Shown here piece after piece: positions 1 through 10,000 of a stretch of 24,001 nucleotides of DNA. The notes under the pieces are model-generated. The model worked only from the letters and a program-made list of their open reading frames with translations, was not told where the DNA came from and made no database searches. The translations under genes and the position numbers were made by a program. Source of the DNA: Bacteroidales bacterium (lineage in GTDB: Bacteria; Bacteroidota; Bacteroidia; Bacteroidales; JAADJA01); contig JAIOTR010000004.1 of assembly GCA_021106665.1 (NCBI GenBank), forward strand, positions 1-24,001, given 5' to 3'. Position 1 is the stretch's first letter. Every line of letters starts with the position of its first letter.

Positions 1-42
1 GTTAATTTTTATTTGTAAAATTTGGTTTTGGTTGGTTAATTA

Positions 43-87
43 GGTCGGAAAACTTGAATTATCTTCATAGTTTTCTGGCCTTTTTTT
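43..87 (+). terminator. Intrinsic terminator-like hairpin with U-tract
   Basis: GGTCGGAAAAC (43-53) pairs with GTTTTCTGGCC (70-80) over 11 bp including two G-U pairs. TGAA/TTCA extends the stem and T7 follows (81-87). The wobble pairs become mismatches on the minus strand, so it is + specific. Confidence 0.7.
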
Positions 88-178
88 ATTTAAGCTGGAT
101 TTAGGTTTGCCCAATTATTTATAATTTTGGATTAAATCAAACGTTTTGAAGATTCAGATGTATAATAGGTATTGTTAA

Positions 179-186
179 TATCTTTG
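179..186 (+). promoter_or_regulatory. Bacteroidota sigma-A -7 element TATCTTTG for the DUF5723-like gene
   Basis: Exact TAnnTTTG match 33 bp before the ATG at 220. A second match, TAATTTTG, lies at 122-129. No clear -33 element. Confidence 0.55.
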
Positions 187-219
187 ATGTGAATATTAAC
201 TCTTGACCTCATCAAGTTA

Positions 220-1713
220 ATGAAAATAATTATTACAATATATTTTTTTCTGATTATTCATTTTGTCCTGAATGGCCAGGATATGTTTGGTGTGGCCAAT
301 AGCAATTATGCCGGAATATATGGTATTCATTTGAATCCTGCTTCCATGGTGGGTTCAAAATTGTACATGGATTATAACCTCGTATCGCTTAATATGTTTG
401 GTGAAAGCAATTATATGCTGATAGAAAAAGGCGATTTTGTGGATTTGTTGTTCAATTGGGTTGTACCTGTTTATTATACCAAAGAAAATGAAGAAAGGAA
501 TTTCACAATATTTCGTAACAAAGAGTATTATAAAGGTACTCAAAGCGTTAGGATAGTCGGTCCAGGAGCCATGGTGGTTGATGGCAAGCATGCGTATGGC
601 TTGCATACTTCATTTAGAGCCAATTCATTTTTTAATAATCTTCCACAGGATATAGGCATCTTTATTTATGAGGCCATAGATTTTGACGATCAACAACAAA
701 TTCCCTGGTCGCATGATAAACCAATTCGTTCAGGTTCTATGTCCTGGATTGAGATTGACTTGTCATATGCATATAATTTTCATCGGTATAAATGGGATTC
801 CTGGTCAATTGGAATATCATTGAAGCCATTGTTGGGAATCTCTGGATTTTATACTAATTTAAACAATGTTGATTATTATGTCCAGCACGATGATACAGCA
901 TATATAGATAACCTTGATTTTAATTATATGTATTCACTGCCTGTTAATTACGATGATAATTCTTATGAAAGCCCACTTATTAGGGGGTTTGGTTTTGGAG
1001 TTGATTTGGGAGTTACTTATATGTATACAACAAAAGGGCACTCAACAAAATATTATGATCAATTATGTGCGCAGAGATATGATGACTATAATTATAAAAT
1101 AGGTTTGTCAATCTTAGATCTCGGATATATTAGATTTTCAAAATATGCTGAACTTCATGATTTTGCTAATGCTGAAACAGATTGGTACAGGAGTAATGAC
1201 ACGCTCCCTTCAGGATCAGTGAATGAGATAAATTATAAACTTGAAAGTTATTTTTCGGATTATTACGGACAATCTCTAACAGACGACAAATTTTCATTGT
1301 ATACTCCTCTGGCAATTAGTTTACAATTTGATTATCACCCAAAGAGATTTATTTATTTGAATGGTACCCTGATTTATGGTATTGCTTTAGGAAAAAATGT
1401 TTTAAAACGACCAACCATTCTTGCAATTACACCGCGCTATGAATCAGCACGGTGGGAAGTAGCCATACCCATCTCTTTGGTTGAATGGCACATTGCTCAA
1501 CCCCGACTTGGCTTTGCATTTAGATTTGGAAATTTTTTCCTTGGTACAGAAGATATTACCAGCGTTATTGGCATAAAAGATTTTAGTGGTTTCGATTTTT
1601 ATTTCGGATTGAGGCTCAATCTTACAAATAATTTCAGAATGAATTATATAAAAGAGAATTGCGGAGGAAGAAAAATACGTAATATTGAAACTTTTGATTA
1701 CAGAAATTTTTAG
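220..1713 (+). CDS. Outer-membrane beta-barrel protein, DUF5723-like
   Basis: 497 aa. Sec signal peptide ending VLNG-Q (Bacteroidota Gln+1 rule). N-terminal SNYAG...NPA motif. Many alternating aromatic/Gly amphipathic strands (GFGFGVDLGVTY, YKIGLSILDLGYI, FDFYFGLRLNL). Terminal Phe. Family name is from pattern recognition. Confidence 0.7.
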   Translation: MKIIITIYFFLIIHFVLNGQDMFGVANSNYAGIYGIHLNPASMVGSKLYMDYNLVSLNMFGESNYMLIEKGDFVDLLFNWVVPVYYTKENEERNFTIFRNKEYYKGTQSVRIVGPGAMVVDGKHAYGLHTSFRANSFFNNLPQDIGIFIYEAIDFDDQQQIPWSHDKPIRSGSMSWIEIDLSYAYNFHRYKWDSWSIGISLKPLLGISGFYTNLNNVDYYVQHDDTAYIDNLDFNYMYSLPVNYDDNSYESPLIRGFGFGVDLGVTYMYTTKGHSTKYYDQLCAQRYDDYNYKIGLSILDLGYIRFSKYAELHDFANAETDWYRSNDTLPSGSVNEINYKLESYFSDYYGQSLTDDKFSLYTPLAISLQFDYHPKRFIYLNGTLIYGIALGKNVLKRPTILAITPRYESARWEVAIPISLVEWHIAQPRLGFAFRFGNFFLGTEDITSVIGIKDFSGFDFYFGLRLNLTNNFRMNYIKENCGGRKIRNIETFDYRNF

Positions 1714-1735
1714 TTTCTGTTATTTCTATTCATTA

Positions 1736-1743
1736 TATCTTTG
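1736..1743 (+). promoter_or_regulatory. -7 element TATCTTTG for the MORN-repeat lipoprotein gene
   Basis: Exact TAnnTTTG match 59 bp before the ATG at 1803, followed by an A-rich leader. Confidence 0.55.
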
Positions 1744-1802
1744 GATATTCAAATATAAAATTAGGAGTTTAAAATTTATACAAAATTTACAAAAAACAAT
1801 TC

Positions 1803-2591
1803 ATGAAGAAACTTTTATTCCTTGTAGCCACCTTTTGTTTCCTATTTGTAATAATCTCTTGTAAACAAAACATCCTGCTTGAACAACTGGAAGAAAAAGA
1901 AGGAATCTCTTATTTAAACAATAAACCTTTCAGTGGAAAATGCAATGATCAATATCCTGATGGCACTTTAAAAAGCGAAATGAATTATCAGGAAGGTAAA
2001 TTGACTGGAGAATTTATTTCATATCATATTAATGGAAATAAAGAGTCTGAAGGACAATATATAAACGACAAGAGAACAGGAATATGGAAGAGATATCATG
2101 AAAATGGCAATATTTATTTAGAGGGTGGATTTATTGATGGACAGAAAAATGGGGAATGGAAATATTGGTATGTGGATGGTCAGATGGAATACAAAGGTCA
2201 TTGGGAAAATGATAATCAACAAGGTGTGTGGCAAAGCTGGTATAAAAGCGGCCAACTTCATTCAGAAATTGAGTGGGTGAATGGAGTTCAGCAAGGAAAC
2301 GAAATTAAGTATTATGAAAATGGAAACAGACGTAGCGAGGGACATTTTGAGAATGGGCAACAAATGGGCGAGTGGCTTTGGTATTTTGAGGATGGAAAAA
2401 TTGAATCAACTGAAAATTGGAAATCAGGACAACCTCATGGAGTTGTGATTACCTACTATTCCGCAGGACAAAAGAAAAAGGAAGGGAATTGGGAAAATGG
2501 AAACAAACATGGTGTTTTTGAGGAATGGGATGAATCCGGTAATCTTATTAAGTCGGAAAAATACGTTTCAGGAAATTTAATCACAAACTAA
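1803..2591 (+). CDS. MORN-variant repeat lipoprotein (often auto-annotated as YwqK-family antitoxin)
   Basis: 262 aa. Lipoprotein signal ending IISC (Cys20). Nine 24-aa repeats of the type G-x-W-x-x-Y/W-Y-x-N/D-G-x6-G-x-W/F-x-N. Confidence 0.85.
   Translation: MKKLLFLVATFCFLFVIISCKQNILLEQLEEKEGISYLNNKPFSGKCNDQYPDGTLKSEMNYQEGKLTGEFISYHINGNKESEGQYINDKRTGIWKRYHENGNIYLEGGFIDGQKNGEWKYWYVDGQMEYKGHWENDNQQGVWQSWYKSGQLHSEIEWVNGVQQGNEIKYYENGNRRSEGHFENGQQMGEWLWYFEDGKIESTENWKSGQPHGVVITYYSAGQKKKEGNWENGNKHGVFEEWDESGNLIKSEKYVSGNLITN
1923..2570 (+). repeat. Nine tandem 24-codon (72-bp) MORN-like protein repeats
   Basis: Units run from K41 to S256 with no indels, e.g. GKLTGEFISYHINGNKESEGQYIN / DKRTGIWKRYHENGNIYLEGGFID / GQKNGEWKYWYVDGQMEYKGHWEN. 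They are diverged at the DNA level. Confidence 0.85.
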
Positions 2592-2610
2592 AAGAAGAAA
2601 ATCATCAATA

Positions 2611-2650
2611 GAAACAAAAAACCCGGCATTATCCGCCGGGTTTCGTTTTA
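2611..2650. terminator. Bidirectional intrinsic terminator between convergent genes
   Basis: AAACCCGGC-attatcc-GCCGGGTTT (2619-2643). The minus strand continues TTTTTTGTTTC after the GC core and the plus strand continues TTTCGTTTT. Confidence 0.85.
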
Positions 2651-2662
2651 TCTGATTATGGA

Positions 2663-3340
2663 TTAATTCAATTTAAATAAGATAGGCATGTTAAACTGTA
2701 CACGAACCGGCTTACCTCTTTGTTTACCAGGTTGCCAATTGGGCATGTTTTGAATCACACGGATTGCTTCTTCGTCACATCCGCCACCAATTCCTCTTAG
2801 TACCCTAACATCAGTTACACGTCCATCTTTTTCAACAACAAAGGTTACAAATACACGACCCTGGATACCACTCTCACGAGCCATTTGAGGATATTTAATA
2901 TTGTTGTTCAAATACTTGATACGGGCAGCTTCTCCACCAGGATAACCAGGCATGGATTCAACTACCGTAAAAATTTGTGCCTCATCCTCTTCCTCCGGTT
3001 CTTCAACCGGTTCATATTCCATCATTTCCGTGTTTTGATCGTCCTCAACATCAATTTCAATTTCATCTTCAATTTCCACATCATCCTCAACTATTTCAAT
3101 AATTGTTGTTTGTTGTGGTGGAGTAGGAGGAGGGGGAGGTTTTTCATGTTGTGTTATCTCAATCATTTCTTCCTGAATATCATCTGCAACCCTGGTAGTT
3201 AAGTCAATTTCCAACTTCTCATAGCTTTTCCATTCAAATGCCAGAAGAATAACTGCAAGAGCTATCACCAGGCCGATTTCAATAAATATTATTTTTTTGT
3301 TTTCAAGGTCTGCTTTGGGTGATTTTTTTGTATCTCTCAT
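2663..3340 (-). CDS. tonB: Energy transducer TonB family protein
   Basis: 225 aa. Bacteroidota-type N-terminus KKSPKADLE plus one TM helix, PPPPPTPP and acidic linker, and a TonB C-terminal domain (YPQMARESGIQGRVFVTFVVEKDG...PGKQRGKPV). Confidence 0.9.
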   Translation of the reverse strand: MRDTKKSPKADLENKKIIFIEIGLVIALAVILLAFEWKSYEKLEIDLTTRVADDIQEEMIEITQHEKPPPPPTPPQQTTIIEIVEDDVEIEDEIEIDVEDDQNTEMMEYEPVEEPEEEDEAQIFTVVESMPGYPGGEAARIKYLNNNIKYPQMARESGIQGRVFVTFVVEKDGRVTDVRVLRGIGGGCDEEAIRVIQNMPNWQPGKQRGKPVRVQFNMPILFKLN

Positions 3341-3478
3341 AACTAATATATTATGTTTGAATTCTTATCAGGGTGCTAAATTATTAATAATCGTAAACTT
3401 TAACAACTTATTAATTAATAAACGCTGCTATTAAAATCTTTATTGCCAAAATATTAGGATCAAAAATCAATAATTGTA

Positions 3479-3859
3479 TTATGACTCTACTAATTCAGTA
3501 TAACCGGCAGTATCCAATAACTCGTCCAATTCTGCCTGGTTTGTTATTTTTATTTTAATGATCCATCCTTTGCCATAAGGATCTGAATTGATAGTTTCAG
3601 GTGTAGATTCAAGTTCTTCGTTAAATTCCAAAACTTCTCCTGAAACAGGCATGAAAAGATCAGATACAGTTTTTACTGCTTCAATGGTTCCAAATATATC
3701 TTCTTTTTCGAGGCTTTCATTAACGGTTTCTACCTCAATAAAAACAATATCGCCAAGTTCTTTTTGAGCAAATTCTGTAATGCCAATGTAAGCCTCATCA
3801 CCTTCAACCTTAACCCATTCATGATCTTTTGTATACTTCAAATGTGTTGGAAAATCCAT
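3479..3859 (-). CDS. gcvH: Glycine cleavage system H protein
   Basis: 126 aa. [23 protein letters not shown], lipoyl-lysine motif EAVKTVSD, and NSDPYGKGW. Confidence 0.97.
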   Translation of the reverse strand: MDFPTHLKYTKDHEWVKVEGDEAYIGITEFAQKELGDIVFIEVETVNESLEKEDIFGTIEAVKTVSDLFMPVSGEVLEFNEELESTPETINSDPYGKGWIIKIKITNQAELDELLDTAGYTELVES

Positions 3860-3884
3860 AATTATGCTGTTTAATTTTACGATT

Positions 3885-3892
3885 CAAAAGTA
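3885..3892 (-). promoter_or_regulatory. -7 element TACTTTTG for gcvH
   Basis: Plus-strand CAAAAGTA is an exact TAnnTTTG match on the minus strand, 25 bp before the gcvH ATG. Confidence 0.6.
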
Positions 3893-4041
3893 ATAAATTA
3901 AAAGTTTAAAAAAGAAGGATTGGAATAAAAAAAGTTACCCACAAAATGTTAATATGTCGTGATCTGATTTTCATAGAAATTTTACTTTTTTTTCAAGAAA
4001 TTATAAAATATATATTCTGTATTTAATTGAATCTATTCAAA

Positions 4042-7000
4042 CTATTGAGCCAGTGAAAATCTGAGACTGATACCACCACTCCATGTAGAGTTTCTATATT
4101 GTGATGGCAGGAATGGATTTGTTGTAATTTTATCATAGAACAGTCGTAATGTTAAACTTTTGGATAACATATAATCGATTGAAGCATTAATTCCGGTAAC
4201 CTTTTGGCCGGCTGAAACCTGATTGATGTCTGAATCAATATTTCGCAATACCGTTTTATTGTTTCTTATTGAGAAGTTAGCTTTTATATTTAAATCGCTT
4301 TTAAAAGTTTTTCCTTTTCCGCCGGTCAATCTGGATAAATTAATGGGAACTTCTTTAAACCTGAATCCTAATCCGATAATAAATTCATCACTTGAAACCT
4401 CCGTTAGCTGGTTGTTTGCAAAGCTCATGGATAAATTTCTTGATTTTTTCATTTCAAATTTTGCAAGCAAACTGTTTTGAAATGTCATGTCAATATTGAT
4501 AAGGGGACTAAATTGTTCCATAATAGTTACAACCGCAAAATCATATTCCGGATAGTAATCACCGTTATTTGGATTTTTTCTGGTCGGAACAACCAAACCA
4601 TTAATTGTATCAGGTAAAAAGTTTATACTTGTAGTGAAGGAGCCAATATTGTAACTTGAATTATAAGCATGATTAAGCGTTACAGTTTTAAAGATTCCCT
4701 GGAGGAATGTAACTTTTGATAACCCATTATAGGAAATCCTCCAGTTAGGCAAAGGAATTGTCGGGAATGCATCGAGGCTGACACTTTCAGGCGATTTATT
4801 TGAATAAGCTGCTACAAAGGATGGTAATAAAACTAATTGCGAAGTTGGACCATATCCTTCGGGGAAGCCCGTAGAATCATTTACAGCAATATCTCTGGGA
4901 TCATCATTGGCAATTCGATTTGCAATATCATACCTGTAATCCTTCATGTTTTCAAAATATTCTGATTTTTCATCTTCAAGTGATCCGCCAAAGGCGGTCC
5001 CCCAGGTAATATAGGTCATTGAAAACGAGCCCATTTGCATTGCGCTGTTTTCAATAAACTTGCCATCTATTGTATCATAAACATAGAGTGTTTGGTAATT
5101 TTGTGCATAGGTTCTATCAGCAGTGAGATCTATTTTTAAGTCACGGAAAGGTTCAATGGATACCCGGAAGCTTAAATTTTTGTTGGCCATTTGCATATAA
5201 GATGTATTCAGCCTGTAATCTTGAGAAAGCCAACCTTCCTTATTAAAATATTCAGGGCTCTCCGGTTGGGCGCCAAAAATAAATTTGAATCCCGGAGCAT
5301 TTTTATTCCAGTCGTTGCCAAGTATGGTAGCTTCAGGCATAAATCCCGGCAGTGAAGTTCCTTGGTTTTGAGAATACTGGAAGGATACTTTTTTTACGCT
5401 CATCAATAATTTCAATACTGTTTCATAAGCTATTTTACCATAATTAACTTTTGGTTTTGTAACTTTTGTGGTATCGTCCGGATTTTTAGCTTGTTTTTTT
5501 TGACCTTTCTTACCGGATCGTTTTCTGGGAGGGGAATTTATTTTTTTGAGAAAATCGAGTTTATTGTATAACTTATTAAGATCAGCATTACCATTAATAT
5601 TCCAGTTAACATTATTTGAAATCGTGTTACCTAAAGCCTTCATTGCTTTTGGTGGTGCGGTCCAGTTGTACGACACGTTATAACCGGCAGTAGCTGTTAC
5701 CCAATCAAGAAGAGGTAATTTATTTATCGGCAGGTTATAATTGAAACTGGCCATTTGAGTGTACCTGCTTTTTGTTCCACCATTGAAAATTTCGTCTTTT
5801 ACTTTCTGTTGTTTTTGATCCGGTGTAATTTCATCATCAAATCCATCCCCATCCAAATCACCTTTATCCCAAAGTATTTTATTAGACTCTGGATATTCAT
5901 CGATATAGCTGTTGGCAACTGCATTAAAACTAAAAGTTAGCGATTGGGCCAGATCAAATTTTAAATCATAAATTCTGTTCCAGTCCCATGTTTTATTATA
6001 AGTGGCATTTGTTATTACATTACCAAAGCTTTTATTCCTTAGCTTTTTTTCATTGTACATCCTGTTCATATCAGTCCGGAAAGAGAACATCTTTGGCAGG
6101 AAATAAAAATTAAAGTCTTTAAGAAACTGCAAGGCTTTGGTTTTAGATATAAAGCCAATTTTTTCAAAAGGTTTTACATTTTTGGGGTTTGTATTGAAAT
6201 TATATCCAATACCGCCCATGTGATTTTGTTCTACATCATATTCAATATCTACATTCCTGTGATATACTTCGCTGAATGAATAAGAAAGATCAAAATTTTC
6301 TACGTCATATATTCTTGATTTTTTCTGGGCGCCCACCCTGTCTTTTCTTACATTCATGAAGTTAATATTCTTACGCCTGGTGTAATCAATGGTAAGCGCT
6401 TTAATAGAATCTCTTTGATCTTTAATCTCGTACGAATCCAGTACTTCGTCCAGTTCAAGGTCAGGATCGAGTGGGTTAAATTTAGGTTTTATTCTAACCT
6501 GGGAGTAATCGAAGTGCATCGGGATTCTAACACCGGCTTTCTCAGGAAAAAACTTTCCTAATTCCAGATTGGTGGCAATATCAAATTGTGACATAGCGTC
6601 AAGCTGTATCTCTGTTATTTTTTTATCAAGGCTTGCAAACCAGGGTGAGCTGTACGTTCCTGAGACTACGAGATTACCAAGGTCGGCAAGATTCATTGCC
6701 ACCCGTCCTGTTGTTGCCCAGCCACCTTGTTTATTAAAATCAGTTAACCGAAGTTCATTCACCCAAATTTCTGCACACTTTGTCGTACCATCATCTTCCG
6801 GGTTTAAAGCTGATTTTACAGGATTTCGAATCCCGATCATCATGGCTTTTACATCGCTAAGGGTGGGTGATCCCCGAACCGTTATCCTATGAGTTCCGTC
6901 GTGTGCATAGTAATAGTAAGGCGAATTTAATTGTATATCCGATCCCGCCTGCCGCATTGCAGTGTTTCTTTCCAATTTAACATTGGCCAGTTGTTTCAGG

Positions 7001-10000
7001 TCAATATTAAATTCATTTTCTTCAGGCCATATTTTTTCCGGAGTACTTGCATCGTTCCATTCAGTTGGTTTTAGGGGGATTTCATACTCGTAATAATTTT
7101 GCGTAAAGTCAGAACCAAGCCGAATAAATATGGTAAGGTCTCCTTGTTTTAAAACATCATCCTCTTTCGACTTTTCGGCATGTACAAACATTTTGAGTTT
7201 TTTGAATTGCCTGAAATCAAATTCAGCTGTTTTATAAGCAGCAGCTGCGTCGCCATCGGCAAGATCACAAACCCGCATAACCATCGATTGTTCATTCATC
7301 CGTGTCAGGTTTGTTGTTCCGATGTTTACTTCTCTTTCAATTCCGGGAGGTTCAACATAATTAATGGGCTCTCTTTTTCCGTTTTCCTCTATGTTTACAG
7401 CAGATAAATCAAATGATTTGGCATTCAGCTGGCTACTGGTAAGATATACATTGGGCTCAAGCATTTCATCGCTGGGAGGGTATCTTCTCCATTCTCCTCT
7501 TACGAGATCAAGTGTTGCAAAACGTAAAACAACAGGTTCGGAAAATTCTTTTAAAAACATCCTCATAAACCTAATTGACCTAAAATCAGTTATGTTACCC
7601 ACTATCTTATCTGGAGTTTTAACAGGAATTTTAAACTGATACCAATTTACAGTAGTAGTTTCACCATTGGCAAGATCTGCCTCCCCCTCCTGAATATCGG
7701 TGATATAGTTTTCACCAACTTTCATTTCACTGGGTTTGAGAATAATCCTGTATTGAAAATATCTTTCTCCTTCGCTTAATGTATTATCATTATTCAAGTC
7801 CTCAACATTAGGCTTCCTGGTGTTTCCTTCATATACACCACCATCTACATTTTCAGGCGAATTTCCGTCTGGTCCGTTATATTCTTTGTATCTTCTTAGA
7901 ACGCTGGAATAAGTATCATCAATATCAAGATCATCACCGCGGTAATTTCGATAATTATCACCAGAAGGATCTGCATTAGCGATCCCATAAACTGTTGAGT
8001 TTTCCCCATACAATGTTTTCAGGTTATCCAAATAATAATAGGCGCTATCATATTCCGAAAATTCTGTAAAATAATTCCTTTCATCATCATCTCTTAAACC
8101 ATCATAGCCTACATCCTGGTAATCACGAGCACCGGGTTCATTCGAAAATGATTGTACAAGATCAAGTTTATTGGGTATACGGCCCCAAACTGTATTAATA
8201 ATATCGGTTTCATCAAAATTCTCGGAAATAGGCAATCCGTGCTCATAACTTTTGCGCGAATCTTTCAAAATATCTTCAGAAATGTCGCCAAGATTGAAAT
8301 AAAGCTCACCACCACTACTCGTCGTATTTGGTGAGCCTTCTGCAAATGGATCCATCATCCAGAATTCAATATATTCAATATTTGAAGCTTCAAAATCAGG
8401 AGTTGTGATTTCGCGCATAATGCCTCCCCATCTTGAGTCGGGAGTTGCAAGTGTGCCATCTTCTTTGATACCGTCAGAAATTCCTGTTGGCCAGGAGTCA
8501 TAATTATAGGGGCCCCTGTCGCTGGGATAATATGCCATATTAAACACCCCAATATTTGTAGGTGTTCCTTGTGCAATTTCTTTATTTGGAAATACTTCTT
8601 TTTCCAGGATTTGCCTTACATAGTTATTCGAAAGCTCATCATTGGTTATATTTGGTGGTCTTAAGCTGCTGTTCCTGTCGTAAAATACGCTGGGATCAAC
8701 AACGTACCAGGCGACTTTAGCCCTGTTAAATCCGTAAGCTATACTGCTTTTATCCCCGTAAATATTGGCTTCAGGAAACAGGTCATTCTGGAATTGCGGA
8801 GTACTTGCCAGGTACCATGATGTATATCCGCGTAAATCAATGGTAGAGACCGTTCCCTCAAAGTCATCAATATATGATACTCCTTCTCCTCCAACGGCTC
8901 TGGAATGACCGGGTAGAAAATGAGCAAATTCACCATCAATAGCAATATTTGAGGGAGCAGAGGTACTGATGAATGGTAGTTTATCAACCAGCTTGGTGAT
9001 AAACCTGGATTCTGTCTGATAGCTGTAATCCAAACCCCAAATAGTATTTGATATTGGATCATCACCGTAATTAACCTTTTGTGTTAAAGGTCGTTCATGC
9101 AGGTTTAATATGGTACCACCAATATGGAAATCCTTGCTAAAGTCATAATCAATGTGGGCGCCCATTAACCTTTTTGTTTGAATGCTGAAAAGTGTATTAC
9201 TTTCCATTGAGATGTTAATGGGTGTACCGGAATTTAATATTCCTTCATTAATGATCCTTACACGACCCAATGTGTAATCTACCGTATAGTCAACATTTTC
9301 AATCAGGGGAGTACCTCCGGCTGTTACAGTTACCGATCCTTGCGGTACGTTTAAGGCATTAAGAGAAATTTCAGAACCCGATTGCGACTTATAATAACCT
9401 GAGATTAAGAATTTGTTTTTTTCGGCATATTGCTGGGCGCCGGTTTTAGTTAATGTATAAAGTGAGTCGTAGCAGTATTTATCAGCAAGGTTTTCATATT
9501 CTTCTCCGAATTTTTCTCTTAAATAGCTTCCAAAGGGTTCCAGAACTGTAAAAAATATTCTACCGTTTGAAGAATTGATTGTACCACCTTGTGTGGCTGC
9601 ATTGTCAAGAAAGTCAAAAACACCATCACCATGGGGGAGAGGATTTCCAAGGGCATCAAGGTTGTCGAGGTTAAAAACATTAATTAAAGGATCACCGTTA
9701 AACGGACCTTCTTCGAAATAACCAGTGGGTACGCCGGTTTCATCTCCTGAATACAGAATATTCAAAGTAAAATCATCCCTGTTTACCTGGTAGGCGTTGA
9801 GTGCATAAACATTTTTCATCATCAAATCCCAGATAGGGCTTCTGATATTTACATAAGTGCTTTTAAGGAGTTTGACCATAAGACAATTCTGGCCTGTAAT
9901 TCCTTCGTCTGAAAATTCACCAACCTGGAAAATGGTCGTGTCTCCGATATTCTGGAATTGAAATGCTACAGCAAGTGTTTGATCTGAGTTTAAAGTGCTG

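Noticed and set aside
1803-2591. Toxin-antitoxin system implied by the YwqK label
   Set aside because: No toxin gene is adjacent, and the protein is a lipoprotein with generic MORN repeats.
3411-3470. 19-aa hydrophobic minus-strand ORF (TTG start, MIFDPNILAIKILIAAFIN) between gcvH and tonB
   Set aside because: Weak start codon and composition expected from AT-rich DNA. It does not resemble the VanZ gene I recall at this position in some relatives.
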